Of a stretch of 64,000 nucleotides of DNA, positions 19,548-28,873 are shown piece by piece. A program made the position numbers and the translations under genes. Source of the DNA: a virus (taxonomy: Duplodnaviria > Heunggongvirae > Uroviricota > Caudoviricetes); the IMG/VR virus record IMGVR_UViG_3300017747_005082, positions 73,618 to 137,617 of that record; one strand, 5' to 3'. How positions within the stretch are numbered: the stretch's first letter is position 1; every line of letters starts with the position of its first letter. Below the pieces are notes generated by a model. That model saw only the letters and a list, made by a program, of their open reading frames with translations. It was not told the DNA's origin and ran no database searches.

Positions 19548-19775
19548 TTAATATATTTCGTATGTATTTTCTACTTTTGTTAAATATTCCCTAAAAACCC
19601 ACCAACAATAACCATCTTTTCCTCTTCCATCACCATTATGAAAATGAGAACGATATTCATCAAATTCAATTAATAAATTATTTTCATCATCAAATAATAC
19701 AGTCCCAATTCCACTTCTAATATCACCATTTCGGTATACTCTATCACCAATTTCAATTTTATTAATAGATTTCAT
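19548..19775 (-). CDS. YEIY-family small protein (...NTYEIY)
   Basis: C-terminal tail. Confidence 0.55.
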   Translation of the reverse strand: MKSINKIEIGDRVYRNGDIRSGIGTVLFDDENNLLIEFDEYRSHFHNGDGRGKDGYCWWVFREYLTKVENTYEIY

Positions 19776-19995
19776 ATGAAAATGGATTTATTGGATATCT
19801 TTCATAAAATTCTTCAAATTCTCCATTAGATATTTTACTCCAAAAACTATATCCTTCTTCTGTTCTATTCCAATGAAAATTTTTATCACCTGTTCCAAAA
19901 TCTAGTGATACATTTTCATTGGGAGTATTTCCAGCTTCAATTTGTTTTTCAAATACTTTTTGTTTAATCTCATAGGGTAAATCTTTTACTTGCAT
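19762..19995 (-). CDS. YEIY-family small protein (...FSYEIY)
   Basis: C-terminal tail; promoter motif 20028-20041. Confidence 0.55.
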   Translation of the reverse strand: MQVKDLPYEIKQKVFEKQIEAGNTPNENVSLDFGTGDKNFHWNRTEEGYSFWSKISNGEFEEFYERYPINPFSYEIY

Positions 19996-20027
19996 AATTA
20001 AATTTCTTAAAATAATTGAATTTATTC

Positions 20028-20041
20028 TGTAAATATACGAA
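20028..20041 (-). promoter_or_regulatory. conserved promoter-like motif
   Basis: tgtaaatatacgaa upstream of 19762..19995. Confidence 0.5.
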
Positions 20042-20063
20042 CTATAATTTATAAAGAAAATTC

Positions 20064-20624
20064 CTAATATATACTATATAAAGATGTTTCTAGATTTTCT
20101 TTTTTAGATATTATTTTTAGATAACTTCCTTTTTTATATTCTTCTCTTACCACAAGATTAGCTCCACATAATATTTGAACCTGATCACCATCTATTCCTG
20201 TTACAATACCTTCATCCCCAAATTCCATTATATAATTTTCATCAAATTTTAATTTAGAAGATGTACAATGACCTCTAACTGTAGCTTGTACTCTATCACC
20301 AATATTATATCCAAATGAAGATGATGAAATAATTCCACATCCTAAAGTTTTAAGAGAAATATCTTCATCTATATTTTCATAAACTTCTAAAAATTTACCT
20401 TTTCTATTTTCGCATCTAGTAACAAATTTATTATCTTTTGTTAAAAGTATTTCAGTATAATATCCTGATACTCCAGTAATAATACCTTTTTCTCCTTCCC
20501 TCATAGGTCTTTCATGTTTAAGGGATGAATTTGTACTACCCCCAGTAACAGTGGCAAATACTTCTTGTCCTATTTTATATCCATGTGTAGATGGTGATAC
20601 CACCCCACTTCCTTTCTTATCCAT
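20064..20624 (-). CDS. YEIY-related protein with internal tandem domain duplication (...LYSIY)
   Basis: Two ~80-aa repeats (G(Y/H)(K/N)IG(Q/D)(E/R)V.ATV.G...SS.LK...); tail Y-S-I-Y. Confidence 0.5.
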   Translation of the reverse strand: MDKKGSGVVSPSTHGYKIGQEVFATVTGGSTNSSLKHERPMREGEKGIITGVSGYYTEILLTKDNKFVTRCENRKGKFLEVYENIDEDISLKTLGCGIISSSSFGYNIGDRVQATVRGHCTSSKLKFDENYIMEFGDEGIVTGIDGDQVQILCGANLVVREEYKKGSYLKIISKKENLETSLYSIY

Positions 20625-21010
20625 ATTAAAGTTGGGTTATTTGTTCAGTTAATATTTTTACAGTATTATTATAATGAGTTTTAAATATATCAATATTTAT
20701 TTTACCAGTTTCATTATTTTCGATAATCCATTTTAGCACCTTAATTTCTAAGGTATCTTTATACTCAATTTTATCCATTTTCAATAAAAGACTTTCTAAA
20801 CTAGTTTTGGAAATATTAAACCATGATGTTATAATTTGGGGATAATCAGTATGGATTTGAATAATTTTTAATTTATAGAGCTCTCCATTACTCATAAATT
20901 GGGGTAAAAGTAAAGTTAACTTTGAACCATTATATTCTTGATAAGCAATATTTTCTTCAGGAATATTTAATTCAACATTCTTAACTAATACTTTAGAATA
21001 CTCATATTTA

Positions 21011-21463
21011 TCAATTTTTATTTTCATCTTTTACAATTTCAATTAATTTTTCTAGACAAGCATGTCTTGCTTCTTCATAAGAATTTACTACTTGATAAAA
21101 AGGTTTTTCTATATAAGGATGTCCATCAGCAATACCTATCCAATGATTTAATATTTCACCATAACCGCTGTATCCATTTTCTTCACACCCAATTGACCAT
21201 GAATATAGTAATCTATCTCCTATTTTATCAGGATTATATCTTGGAAGTATTTCAGCGTGTAAATTATATTTCTCTCTAAACCAATCAAAAGCCTGTTGCC
21301 ATAGTGGTGCTTTAACAATATCACTTAAAGGTTCTCCAAATGTTCTATTGTTAATACCTCTCATTACAAATTCACCTCTTAGATATTCAGCAAGACAACG
21401 TTCATCAAATCCTAAATCTTTTAGGTCTGAAGATAATGTGGAAGGTACAAATTGTTTTTCCAT
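21011..21463 (-). CDS. MKEQ mosaic-family protein, copy 2 (150 aa); paralog of 51685..52086
   Basis: [12 protein letters not shown](E/K)K and [14 protein letters not shown](V/I)K blocks; about 50 nt of near-identical DNA at the 3' end. Confidence 0.6.
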   Translation of the reverse strand: MEKQFVPSTLSSDLKDLGFDERCLAEYLRGEFVMRGINNRTFGEPLSDIVKAPLWQQAFDWFREKYNLHAEILPRYNPDKIGDRLLYSWSIGCEENGYSGYGEILNHWIGIADGHPYIEKPFYQVVNSYEEARHACLEKLIEIVKDENKN

Positions 21464-21466
21464 AAT

Positions 21467-21745
21467 TTAATATATTTCGTAATTATTTCCTTTTTCATCA
21501 TTTGACCAAATTCCTTTCTCATATATAACAAACCTTCCATAACCAGTACTATATAAGGTATCTGTTTCTTTATTATATCTAAAACTACCTCCAAATATAG
21601 CATATTCTTTTTTATAATTACTACCATCAATTTCTTTTATACTATCTCTTAATGCAATAAAGTTCTCACCTGTTTTAAATCTTTTATATCCTTCTTTATA
21701 TAATGGATGAGAATTATCTATATATGGAAAACCAAAATAACTCAT
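21467..21745 (-). CDS. YEIY-family small protein (...NNYEIY)
   Basis: C-terminal tail. Confidence 0.55.
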   Translation of the reverse strand: MSYFGFPYIDNSHPLYKEGYKRFKTGENFIALRDSIKEIDGSNYKKEYAIFGGSFRYNKETDTLYSTGYGRFVIYEKGIWSNDEKGNNYEIY

Positions 21746-21747
21746 AA

Positions 21748-21999
21748 TTATGCTATATTAATTATATTACCATTTTTATCTTCAACAATAGTAACATCAA
21801 ATTTTTTATCCAAATGCTCAAAAATCGGACCTGGAATGAATTGTAATGCTAATGAAAAAGCTTGTGCGAATTGTTGTCCACTTACACATTCTTTTTCTAA
21901 ATCTCTATTTTGTAAATAGTATTGGTAAAACCAATTTAGATCAAATTTAAAACCTTCTTTCAAAGAATTTCTTCTCATTTGAATATATTGCTCTCTCAT
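21748..21999 (-). CDS. hypothetical protein (83 aa)
   Basis: ORF track. Confidence 0.45.
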   Translation of the reverse strand: MREQYIQMRRNSLKEGFKFDLNWFYQYYLQNRDLEKECVSGQQFAQAFSLALQFIPGPIFEHLDKKFDVTIVEDKNGNIINIA

Positions 22000-22002
22000 A
22001 AC

Positions 22003-22314
22003 TTAGTATATTTCGTAATTATTTTTAATTTGTTTATCAAAATGGATAAATTCATTTTCTTGAATACAATATTTTAACCAATTTATTTCATCCTCAGTAG
22101 CTTTTCTAAGATTTTCTCCTGGTAAATTAAAAAAAGACATACTATTACCTTTAAGAAAACACCTTTTACTTTTAGGAAATATAGCATATAGATAAGTAAT
22201 TAGAGGTCCTTGTATTTCAAAAAATTGAAAAATAATAGGATAAAATTTACTACCAGATAGAAAAGATCCATAATAATATTCATTTTTAATCATTTCATGA
22301 TTCCCTACATCCAT
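22003..22314 (-). CDS. YEIY-family small protein (...NNYEIY)
   Basis: C-terminal tail; LRKATEDEINWLKYCI motif. Confidence 0.55.
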   Translation of the reverse strand: MDVGNHEMIKNEYYYGSFLSGSKFYPIIFQFFEIQGPLITYLYAIFPKSKRCFLKGNSMSFFNLPGENLRKATEDEINWLKYCIQENEFIHFDKQIKNNYEIY

Positions 22315-22316
22315 AA

Positions 22317-22604
22317 CTAATATATTTCGTATGTTTGTGAATTATTCTCTAATCTTTCTAACATTTCTTTAAATGTCAAAGGTATTGCAATATTATCTAT
22401 TGAAAAAGAAAATTGTAATTTATAATCTTTGCGATCCCATCCCCAACCATTTCCTAAAGAATTTTCACTCATTTTCCATCCAACGGAAGAAGGATAACCT
22501 AATTCAATTAATTTTTTTCTAATTATATTTCTTTCTTCTAAGGTAGAATTATCACTAGACATTCCTTCCCCAGTTTTAAATTGATATAGATTATTTTTTA
22601 ACAT
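22317..22604 (-). CDS. YEIY-family small protein (...QTYEIY)
   Basis: C-terminal tail. Confidence 0.55.
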   Translation of the reverse strand: MLKNNLYQFKTGEGMSSDNSTLEERNIIRKKLIELGYPSSVGWKMSENSLGNGWGWDRKDYKLQFSFSIDNIAIPLTFKEMLERLENNSQTYEIY

Positions 22605-22971
22605 TTTCTAAAATTTTATCAAGAATATTATATTTTCGATCAAAAATTCGATCAATTTTTTTAGTAGTATTAGTAGAGATAATAATTTTAACTCTAGTTA
22701 TAACCTTTTCTAAAACTTTATCATTAACTTCTATATTAATAATATCTTTAGTATTAACTAATAATGCTTTTGTGGGAGTTAATATTAAATCATAATGAGA
22801 TAATGGATTTGATACAACATAACGATTTAATAAAGGATCACTATCAGCAACAGAATTATTATTAATAATATGACCTATAATTATTTTATAACCTTGAATA
22901 TCTGTTTCAGTAATTTTAGTTCTAAAACATCTTTTGGTTTGGTTTTTTAATCTATTTAAATATTTATTCAT
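22591..22971 (-). CDS. hypothetical protein (126 aa)
   Basis: ORF track; promoter motif 22990-23003. Confidence 0.5.
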   Translation of the reverse strand: MNKYLNRLKNQTKRCFRTKITETDIQGYKIIIGHIINNNSVADSDPLLNRYVVSNPLSHYDLILTPTKALLVNTKDIINIEVNDKVLEKVITRVKIIISTNTTKKIDRIFDRKYNILDKILENVKK

Positions 22972-22989
22972 AACCTTAATTTTATATTT

Positions 22990-23003
22990 TGTAAATATAC
23001 GAA
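22990..23003 (-). promoter_or_regulatory. conserved promoter-like motif
   Basis: tgtaaatatacgaa upstream of 22591..22971. Confidence 0.5.
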
Positions 23004-23019
23004 TTATAATTTATAAATC

Positions 23020-23352
23020 CTAATAAATATCATAAAGTATATTATTTCCATTATATATCATTATTTCTTCAAGTGTAGCTTCTCTAAAATGATCAAGATG
23101 AGGAAACCAATAATAGTTATTAATATCTGATTTACATAAATTATGAAATTCATAATAAAAATGACCAGGATAAACTTCTGATGGTTGTTTAAGTGTAATT
23201 TTACATATACAATTTTTGAAAGAATTCATACTATGATTGAAATTCTGATTACTAGAAGTTATAACAACTATATCTCCGATATTATATTCTTTTTTCATAA
23301 CTTTTTTATTATTAAGACACATAAATAAGGCCAAATTAAAATTAAGACACAT
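23020..23352 (-). CDS. YEIY-family small protein (...ILYDIY)
   Basis: C-terminal tail. Confidence 0.5.
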   Translation of the reverse strand: MCLNFNLALFMCLNNKKVMKKEYNIGDIVVITSSNQNFNHSMNSFKNCICKITLKQPSEVYPGHFYYEFHNLCKSDINNYYWFPHLDHFREATLEEIMIYNGNNILYDIY

Positions 23353-23452
23353 CTATCAAAATATGTTAATTTTACCTGTCTTTTTGAAATAGATTCACTT
23401 ATACTTGTAATTATTATACCAATAATTATATATGTTATAAAATATACCATAA

Positions 23453-23713
23453 TTAATAAATTTCATAGATATTGTCTTCCAATATTTCTAATATATTTCT
23501 AATTCCTCTATGATATGCAATATTTTCCATTTCTGTAGCTAATCTCCAAGTATCTACATTATCAGTAACTTTTCCTGATTTATACCTGAAAGAAAATTTT
23601 GTAAAATCATCAACTACAAACATTTCCCCAATATTTCTAGCATCATCTACATATTTTAAAGAAACTAAAATATCACCTTCTTGATATTTATCCCAAAGTT
23701 TAATAGATTTCAT
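23453..23713 (-). CDS. YEIY-family small protein (...NIYEIY)
   Basis: C-terminal tail; WRLATEMENIAYH motif. Confidence 0.55.
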   Translation of the reverse strand: MKSIKLWDKYQEGDILVSLKYVDDARNIGEMFVVDDFTKFSFRYKSGKVTDNVDTWRLATEMENIAYHRGIRNILEILEDNIYEIY

Positions 23714-23734
23714 ATAATTCGTTTTTAAATTCTT

Positions 23735-24181
23735 CTAATGTTTTAAATCTCCACATACTCCTACTTTTTTTATTATTTTTAAATGGTTGGATATATAAGT
23801 ATCTTGGGAAAATAAAGTATTACAAACTAAAAATTCTGAATTTTTAGGGATAATACATTCATAAATAGAATAATTTGTAATCTTTTTATGTTGAATAAAC
23901 CTATATAAACTTGGTAAACTTATAAAAGAAGAATACCCTCCTTTTATATTTACCCCATAATTATCACGACTCCAAATACAAATTGTTCTTTCTTTTTGAG
24001 GAATGTTAATTAAATATAAATTATTAGATGTAGATTTAATTATTCCAGGAATTTCTGTTTCTTCAAATAACTTATAACATATAATATTTTTCCTATTTAT
24101 TTTTACTTTTAATTTGGGAGTTATATTAAATATTCTTTGGAATAAATTCTTTTTAATATCTTCATTAAGTATTTTTTTCAT
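23735..24181 (-). CDS. hypothetical protein (148 aa)
   Basis: ORF track. Confidence 0.45.
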   Translation of the reverse strand: MKKILNEDIKKNLFQRIFNITPKLKVKINRKNIICYKLFEETEIPGIIKSTSNNLYLINIPQKERTICIWSRDNYGVNIKGGYSSFISLPSLYRFIQHKKITNYSIYECIIPKNSEFLVCNTLFSQDTYISNHLKIIKKVGVCGDLKH

Positions 24182-24183
24182 AA

Positions 24184-24435
24184 TTAATAAATTTCGTATA
24201 TATTTGTATCCTCTTCAAAATGTTTTACTGCAAAATATCTAACTCCGTTTTCACCCTTAGGCCATAATATTATATCATCCCCTCCAAAATCTTCTAAGGT
24301 ATCAATAATAAACTTTTTACCAGGGAAATAACCTGCTCCAGCCCTTTTAAGTTGGTCTTTATTTTGAGACAATTGATCTAACTCAATACATATAACAGTA
24401 TCTCCTTTTTTGAAATTATGTTTCATGATTTTCAA
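24184..24435 (-). CDS. YEIY-family small protein (...NIYEIY)
   Basis: C-terminal tail; terminator-promoter cassette 24444-24475 upstream. Confidence 0.55.
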   Translation of the reverse strand: MKIMKHNFKKGDTVICIELDQLSQNKDQLKRAGAGYFPGKKFIIDTLEDFGGDDIILWPKGENGVRYFAVKHFEEDTNIYEIY

Positions 24436-24443
24436 TTTATATT

Positions 24444-24475
24444 CGTAAATATACGAAAGGCCTCTTAAGAGGCCT
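24444..24475 (-). promoter_or_regulatory. terminator-promoter cassette: motif cgtaaatatacgaa (24444-24457) fused to hairpin AGGCCTCTTAAGAGGCCT (24458-24475)
   Basis: Near-identical cassettes at 35617-35647 and 61313-61344. Confidence 0.55.
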
Positions 24476-24593
24476 AATAATTTTAATAAATCGTAATTTT
24501 TGGTTTTTGTGAAACATTTTTAAGTTTCAACCATTCCATTAAGTTTTGAACTTTGCTTTTGTTACTTGTTTTGCTCATTTTATTTTATATTAA

Positions 24594-24857
24594 TTAATAA
24601 ATTTCATATATTTTATTATAATTTATAATATCTACTTCTTCAAAAAATGATTTATTAAAATTACCCTTATATCTATTTCCTTCAGGGAAAAAATAAAAAT
24701 CACTATTATAAGTTCCTTTTATATTTGCCCAAGTTATATCTCCTACTTTCATATTTTCAGGAAAATGTGATTTATAATCTCCTTCATATGGTTTAATTAA
24801 TTTTATCCATATAATTTCTCCTTTTGGAGGATAATATTTATATTCTTGATTATTCAT
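24594..24857 (-). CDS. YEIY-family small protein (...KIYEIY)
   Basis: C-terminal tail. Confidence 0.55.
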   Translation of the reverse strand: MNNQEYKYYPPKGEIIWIKLIKPYEGDYKSHFPENMKVGDITWANIKGTYNSDFYFFPEGNRYKGNFNKSFFEEVDIINYNKIYEIY

Positions 24858-25956
24858 AATCTTCTCTTGCTATATTAATAATTTTGGGAAATCTTAAAGA
24901 TAAATCTGAGGTTTTTTCAAAATATTTACAAGTGCATGTTTTTCCTATTAGATTTTCTCTATCCCTCCATACTTCTTCTAGATATTGCATAGTACCATTT
25001 ATAGTAGCGTCTACTTTTATCCCATCTTGTGTTGTAAATGAAATTGTTGCTGCTTTGTTAGCAAATTTTCCAATACCTTCATTTATATTTTCAATTATAA
25101 ATTCCTCATCAAAAAATTCCTTATGTTTTAATAATCCTTTAGATCGTTTAGATTCATATAAAGAATCCAAAACTCTTAACATTTGTCCCTCATAGCCTTC
25201 GAAAATATATTGAGCTAATTTTTCTTGTAATTCTTCTTTATTATTGACTATTTCATAACCCACTAATACTAATTCAGGGATATCATTAATTATAGAACGT
25301 AATATATTAATTCGTTCCATATAAACATAATCATTTCCATCAAAATTAGGTATATCATAAACATAATATTTGATATATTGTTTAGATAAATCTAAATCTA
25401 TTAAATTAGGTTTAGTTTTTCTTACACAAGATACTATTGTATTAAAATCACAAGTATCTTTTTCAGCATATAATTCCCCATCAAGAACTAAATCAGGATA
25501 TTTTTCAAATAAAGGTTTTAATGCCTCATTTATATGAGGAGCAGATATAATTTCTTTTCCATTTCGTGAAAATACTCCATTTATATGACTAATGGCTCTA
25601 ATTCCATCTAATTTTTTACTTGAACCTAAAGGATATTTAATTTTTTCTTTAAGGAAATCTTTTGCAAGCATAGGTTCAAAAAATACTTTTTTATCACAAT
25701 CATTAATATCTTCCCAATATCCTAAAGACTTTCTTTTAGTCCAAAGAGCCTTGGCTTCTGCTAATGCTTGTTCTTCAATAGTAGTAGCATTCTTTTTCCC
25801 AATATTTTTTTCTGAACATTTAGTCCAATCTCCAGTAAATAATTTCATTCCTACAAATCCTGTTATAGTTCTAAAGCTATCTCCTTCGATTTCTATTTCC
25901 CATTGGTTTATATGATCTTTAGAATTACTTCTTTTATAAAGTATTGGTAATTTCAT
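24850..25956 (-). CDS. ATP-dependent DNA ligase (368 aa)
   Basis: Nucleotidyltransferase motif I KLDGIR (KxDGxR), LDGELY, FEGYEGQMLR and LLKHK (motifs III-V); size matches T7-type ligases. Confidence 0.75.
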   Translation of the reverse strand: MKLPILYKRSNSKDHINQWEIEIEGDSFRTITGFVGMKLFTGDWTKCSEKNIGKKNATTIEEQALAEAKALWTKRKSLGYWEDINDCDKKVFFEPMLAKDFLKEKIKYPLGSSKKLDGIRAISHINGVFSRNGKEIISAPHINEALKPLFEKYPDLVLDGELYAEKDTCDFNTIVSCVRKTKPNLIDLDLSKQYIKYYVYDIPNFDGNDYVYMERINILRSIINDIPELVLVGYEIVNNKEELQEKLAQYIFEGYEGQMLRVLDSLYESKRSKGLLKHKEFFDEEFIIENINEGIGKFANKAATISFTTQDGIKVDATINGTMQYLEEVWRDRENLIGKTCTCKYFEKTSDLSLRFPKIINIAREDYE

Positions 25957-25961
25957 TTATA

Positions 25962-26237
25962 TTATTTAATTATTATAGTTCCTTCTTTTATACCATATGG
26001 AGACTTCTCTTGAAAATAATTTATTCCTGTTATAGTATCTTTGGTTAGAATCCATAATGAAGTTTCTTTCCAAGTTACTGTTATTAAAGTATGATTTTTC
26101 TTTAATTTTACCTCTTCAGTCCCTCCCCAATTTCTTGCTCTTTCATTATCAGTACAACTGTATATAAATAATATACTTAATAATATTAAAAAAATATTAA
26201 TATATTTCATAATTTGAAATTTTTGTTGTTTTTTCAA
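25962..26237 (-). CDS. small secreted/membrane-anchored protein (91 aa)
   Basis: N-terminal hydrophobic segment ending ...IYSC. Confidence 0.4.
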   Translation of the reverse strand: MKKQQKFQIMKYINIFLILLSILFIYSCTDNERARNWGGTEEVKLKKNHTLITVTWKETSLWILTKDTITGINYFQEKSPYGIKEGTIIIK

Positions 26238-26478
26238 TTTTGCAGGGATTTGAATTTTCTTGTATCATTTTTTCAAATTCCTCTCCAGATATCATTAATT
26301 CAATATAAGGTTCAGAACTATCCATTTCCAAACACATCACTTTTCCCTCTATTACTCCATAGTAAGAGCTTAATAAAGCATTCCAATTAAAAGAATGGTT
26401 ATAATTTTTATTTATAAAATTTCTTACATATTGGAAATTCTTATCACCAAAACTCACTAAAAAATTATTCTTATCCAT
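26197..26478 (-). CDS. YEIY-family small protein (...SNYEIY)
   Basis: C-terminal tail. Confidence 0.55.
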   Translation of the reverse strand: MDKNNFLVSFGDKNFQYVRNFINKNYNHSFNWNALLSSYYGVIEGKVMCLEMDSSEPYIELMISGEEFEKMIQENSNPCKIEKTTKISNYEIY

Positions 26479-26480
26479 AT

Positions 26481-26705
26481 TTAATATATTTCATAATTAT
26501 TTTCAGGTAAAGATATTATACTATAATGAATTTGATTATTTAAATATGCACAAATTTCAATAATTGTATGATCATAATATACAGTTCCGTCTTTTTTTAA
26601 CAGATCAACTGTTTCTAAGTTTTGTGATTTTGGAAATAAAATTTCATAAGTTTCATGTTTATTTCCAAATTTTATACCTATAATTTCTTGTTGAGTAGTA
26701 TACAT
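26481..26705 (-). CDS. YEIY-family small protein (...NNYEIY)
   Basis: C-terminal tail; promoter motif 26724-26737. Confidence 0.55.
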   Translation of the reverse strand: MYTTQQEIIGIKFGNKHETYEILFPKSQNLETVDLLKKDGTVYYDHTIIEICAYLNNQIHYSIISLPENNYEIY

Positions 26706-26723
26706 AACTAATATTTTTATTTA

Positions 26724-26737
26724 TGTAAATATATGAA
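26724..26737 (-). promoter_or_regulatory. conserved promoter-like motif
   Basis: tgtaaatatatgaa upstream of 26481..26705. Confidence 0.5.
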
Positions 26738-26744
26738 TTTTAAA

Positions 26745-27278
26745 TTATAAATCCAAATAAGATTTGATAATTTTTACTTGTTTTCTTAGTTTTGTTTCGT
26801 ATTTTTTTGTTATCGCATATCTTCTTTTGGAACAGTTAACAAAATTATTGAGGAGTTTTGTTAATGAAGAACAGGATAAATAAGAGGATGCTATTATAAA
26901 ATAATAGGCTTCAACCCCCTCTTTTATTGAATTATATTTTACGTAACCTTTTTTACTATTAATAGAATATGGATTATTTTTCTTTTTTCCTACTCCTTCA
27001 TTTCCTAATGATGTTTCAATTATTGCTTGTGATATTGCCAATTCATAAGGAACAATAATATCAAGTGAATCATAAACCTTTATTGCATTATCATACAAAT
27101 CTTCTGCTGTTATTTGTGATTTTGGATAATGTTCTAATATTCTTGCAGAATTATAATAATAGGTACTATCAATTTGACTATAAGTTTTAAATGAACAAAA
27201 CAATATAAATAATAACAATATTTTTCTCATATTAATAAATTTCGTAAATATTCTCTTTTTGGGAAACCAATCCCTCAT
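26745..27278 (-). CDS. secreted glucosaminidase-like peptidoglycan hydrolase (177 aa)
   Basis: Signal peptide MRKILLLFILFCSFKTYSQ; ISQAIIETSLGNEG resembles the FlgJ/glucosaminidase AQAALESGWG motif. Confidence 0.4.
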   Translation of the reverse strand: MRDWFPKKRIFTKFINMRKILLLFILFCSFKTYSQIDSTYYYNSARILEHYPKSQITAEDLYDNAIKVYDSLDIIVPYELAISQAIIETSLGNEGVGKKKNNPYSINSKKGYVKYNSIKEGVEAYYFIIASSYLSCSSLTKLLNNFVNCSKRRYAITKKYETKLRKQVKIIKSYLDL

Positions 27279-27492
27279 TATCTATAAATAATATTATATC
27301 TGTTGTAACATGCCAATTTCTTTGATATTCCCTTCCAGGTACAAGAACTTGAATATTATAAACACAATCATTAAAACTTTCCATATTAGATATTATACCA
27401 ATATCCCCAATCTGATTACAGCTATATGAATCATTTTTTATAATTTTAACTTTATCTCCTATTTTATATTCAATATATCTCATATCTGTCAT
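27232..27492 (-). CDS. YEIY-family small protein (...ENIYEIY)
   Basis: C-terminal tail. Confidence 0.55.
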   Translation of the reverse strand: MTDMRYIEYKIGDKVKIIKNDSYSCNQIGDIGIISNMESFNDCVYNIQVLVPGREYQRNWHVTTDIILFIDNEGLVSQKENIYEIY

Positions 27493-27766
27493 AACTGGTA
27501 GTTATTTTAGTTACATCAAAAGGTCTGTTATTTTTATCATATTCTTGGATTTCTTGGGGAGAGGCGTATCTCCAATCATTTCTTTGGGATTTATCAAATG
27601 GAAGTATACTCCATCCATTTTCTCCTCCTTTAGCATCGTTTTCTACAGTTAAATAACTACTATCATAAGATATTTTATAACAAAAATTTATAGGAAAATT
27701 TACATCCTTTGGATGTTTGGAAGATAAAAGTACTATATAATCTCCTTTTTCAAATTTATTTTTCAT
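27470..27766 (-). CDS. YEIY-family small protein (...DRYEIY)
   Basis: C-terminal tail; homolog of 18421..18711. Confidence 0.55.
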   Translation of the reverse strand: MKNKFEKGDYIVLLSSKHPKDVNFPINFCYKISYDSSYLTVENDAKGGENGWSILPFDKSQRNDWRYASPQEIQEYDKNNRPFDVTKITTSYDRYEIY

Positions 27767-27777
27767 AAATCAGCGTA

Positions 27778-28044
27778 TTATTCACCAGGTCTTTTTTTAC
27801 TCACCCAGTTATGTTCAATTATAGAGTTTGGCGTTATATTCGCTTTTACTAATTTATTAGTACCATATTTGTATATAGGACCAATATATTCTTTTTCATT
27901 AATTCTTCTTTTATATGAAGAAGAACGAAATTCACGAGCAGTTTGTCTATACCACCCATTTAAATTGGGAATAAATGATTCTAAATTAGCCGCAGTTTCA
28001 AAATCATATATTAATTTTTCGGTATTACCTGTTTTTTCTTTCAT
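27778..28044 (-). CDS. hypothetical protein (88 aa)
   Basis: ORF track. Confidence 0.45.
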   Translation of the reverse strand: MKEKTGNTEKLIYDFETAANLESFIPNLNGWYRQTAREFRSSSYKRRINEKEYIGPIYKYGTNKLVKANITPNSIIEHNWVSKKRPGE

Positions 28045-28332
28045 TTAATATATTTCGTAATTTTCCATAATATTCCCATTATCCCCGTAAAGAATTAAAT
28101 TTTTTAAATCTTGAAAAGAATAAAATTCACGTATTTCAGATAAATTACAAGATCCCCAAACTATACCAGTTTTAGTATCCCAAAACATAAACACAAAATC
28201 AGTTTTATCCCCATAACAATATGTAGGTTGAGCACAATGATAATTTTTTATCATTAATTCCCAAATCTCTCTTTTTTCTGATGGAGTTGCTTTTGGATCT
28301 AAACCATCACCTTCTTTAAATTGGTATTTCAT
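28045..28332 (-). CDS. YEIY-family small protein (...ENYEIY)
   Basis: C-terminal tail. Confidence 0.55.
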   Translation of the reverse strand: MKYQFKEGDGLDPKATPSEKREIWELMIKNYHCAQPTYCYGDKTDFVFMFWDTKTGIVWGSCNLSEIREFYSFQDLKNLILYGDNGNIMENYEIY

Positions 28333-28334
28333 AT

Positions 28335-28634
28335 TTAATATATTTCGTATGTTTTGTTAATTTTATCAAATGTTTTATTAATTGATTCTTCAGAAATATA
28401 TTTTCCTTTAGCCTCACAAGACTCTAACCAAAATTTTTCAAATTCACTAGATTGATATATTTTATTCCAACTATGAGTTGCATCTTTTTCAAATTTTTTC
28501 CTAACAATTCGTGATTCATAATGTAAAGTACTGTTATATTTTGCTCTCCATATAAAATATTCATTATTGTCTATTGAAGTATAAATTTCTCCTTTTCTTA
28601 TTTCTCCTACAGTTATTTTAATTCTATTTACCAT
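28335..28634 (-). CDS. YEIY-family small protein (...KTYEIY)
   Basis: C-terminal tail. Confidence 0.55.
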   Translation of the reverse strand: MVNRIKITVGEIRKGEIYTSIDNNEYFIWRAKYNSTLHYESRIVRKKFEKDATHSWNKIYQSSEFEKFWLESCEAKGKYISEESINKTFDKINKTYEIY

Positions 28635-28873
28635 ATATCATAAAAATTATCTTGTTCTAAATCAATCTCTAAATCTATAGGCCTATATGAATTATTTGAA
28701 CCATCTTCCCAATCCACATAATAATAAAAATAGTCAGGTTTTAATTTATAATGCTTTTCAGATACTTTTCTTACTACTCCTACCATTGGAACTCCATTTC
28801 CATCTAATCCTTGATCTTTATATTCTGACTTCAGATTTATCCTAACTTTTTGTCCTTGTTGTAAATATTTCAT
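28628..28873 (-). CDS. YEIY-related small protein (...FYDIW)
   Basis: Variant tail Y-D-I-W. Confidence 0.45.
   Translation of the reverse strand: MKYLQQGQKVRINLKSEYKDQGLDGNGVPMVGVVRKVSEKHYKLKPDYFYYYVDWEDGSNNSYRPIDLEIDLEQDNFYDIW

Noticed and set aside
21421-21630. Minus-strand ORF 21421..21630 overlapping the YEIY gene 21467..21745 in another frame; also 5596..5841 versus 5699..5890
   Set aside because: Out-of-frame overlap with a family member that has the conserved tail and junction; likely spurious. The 5596/5699 pair is unresolved, and only a short C-terminal hydrophobic peptide of 5596..5841 may be real.
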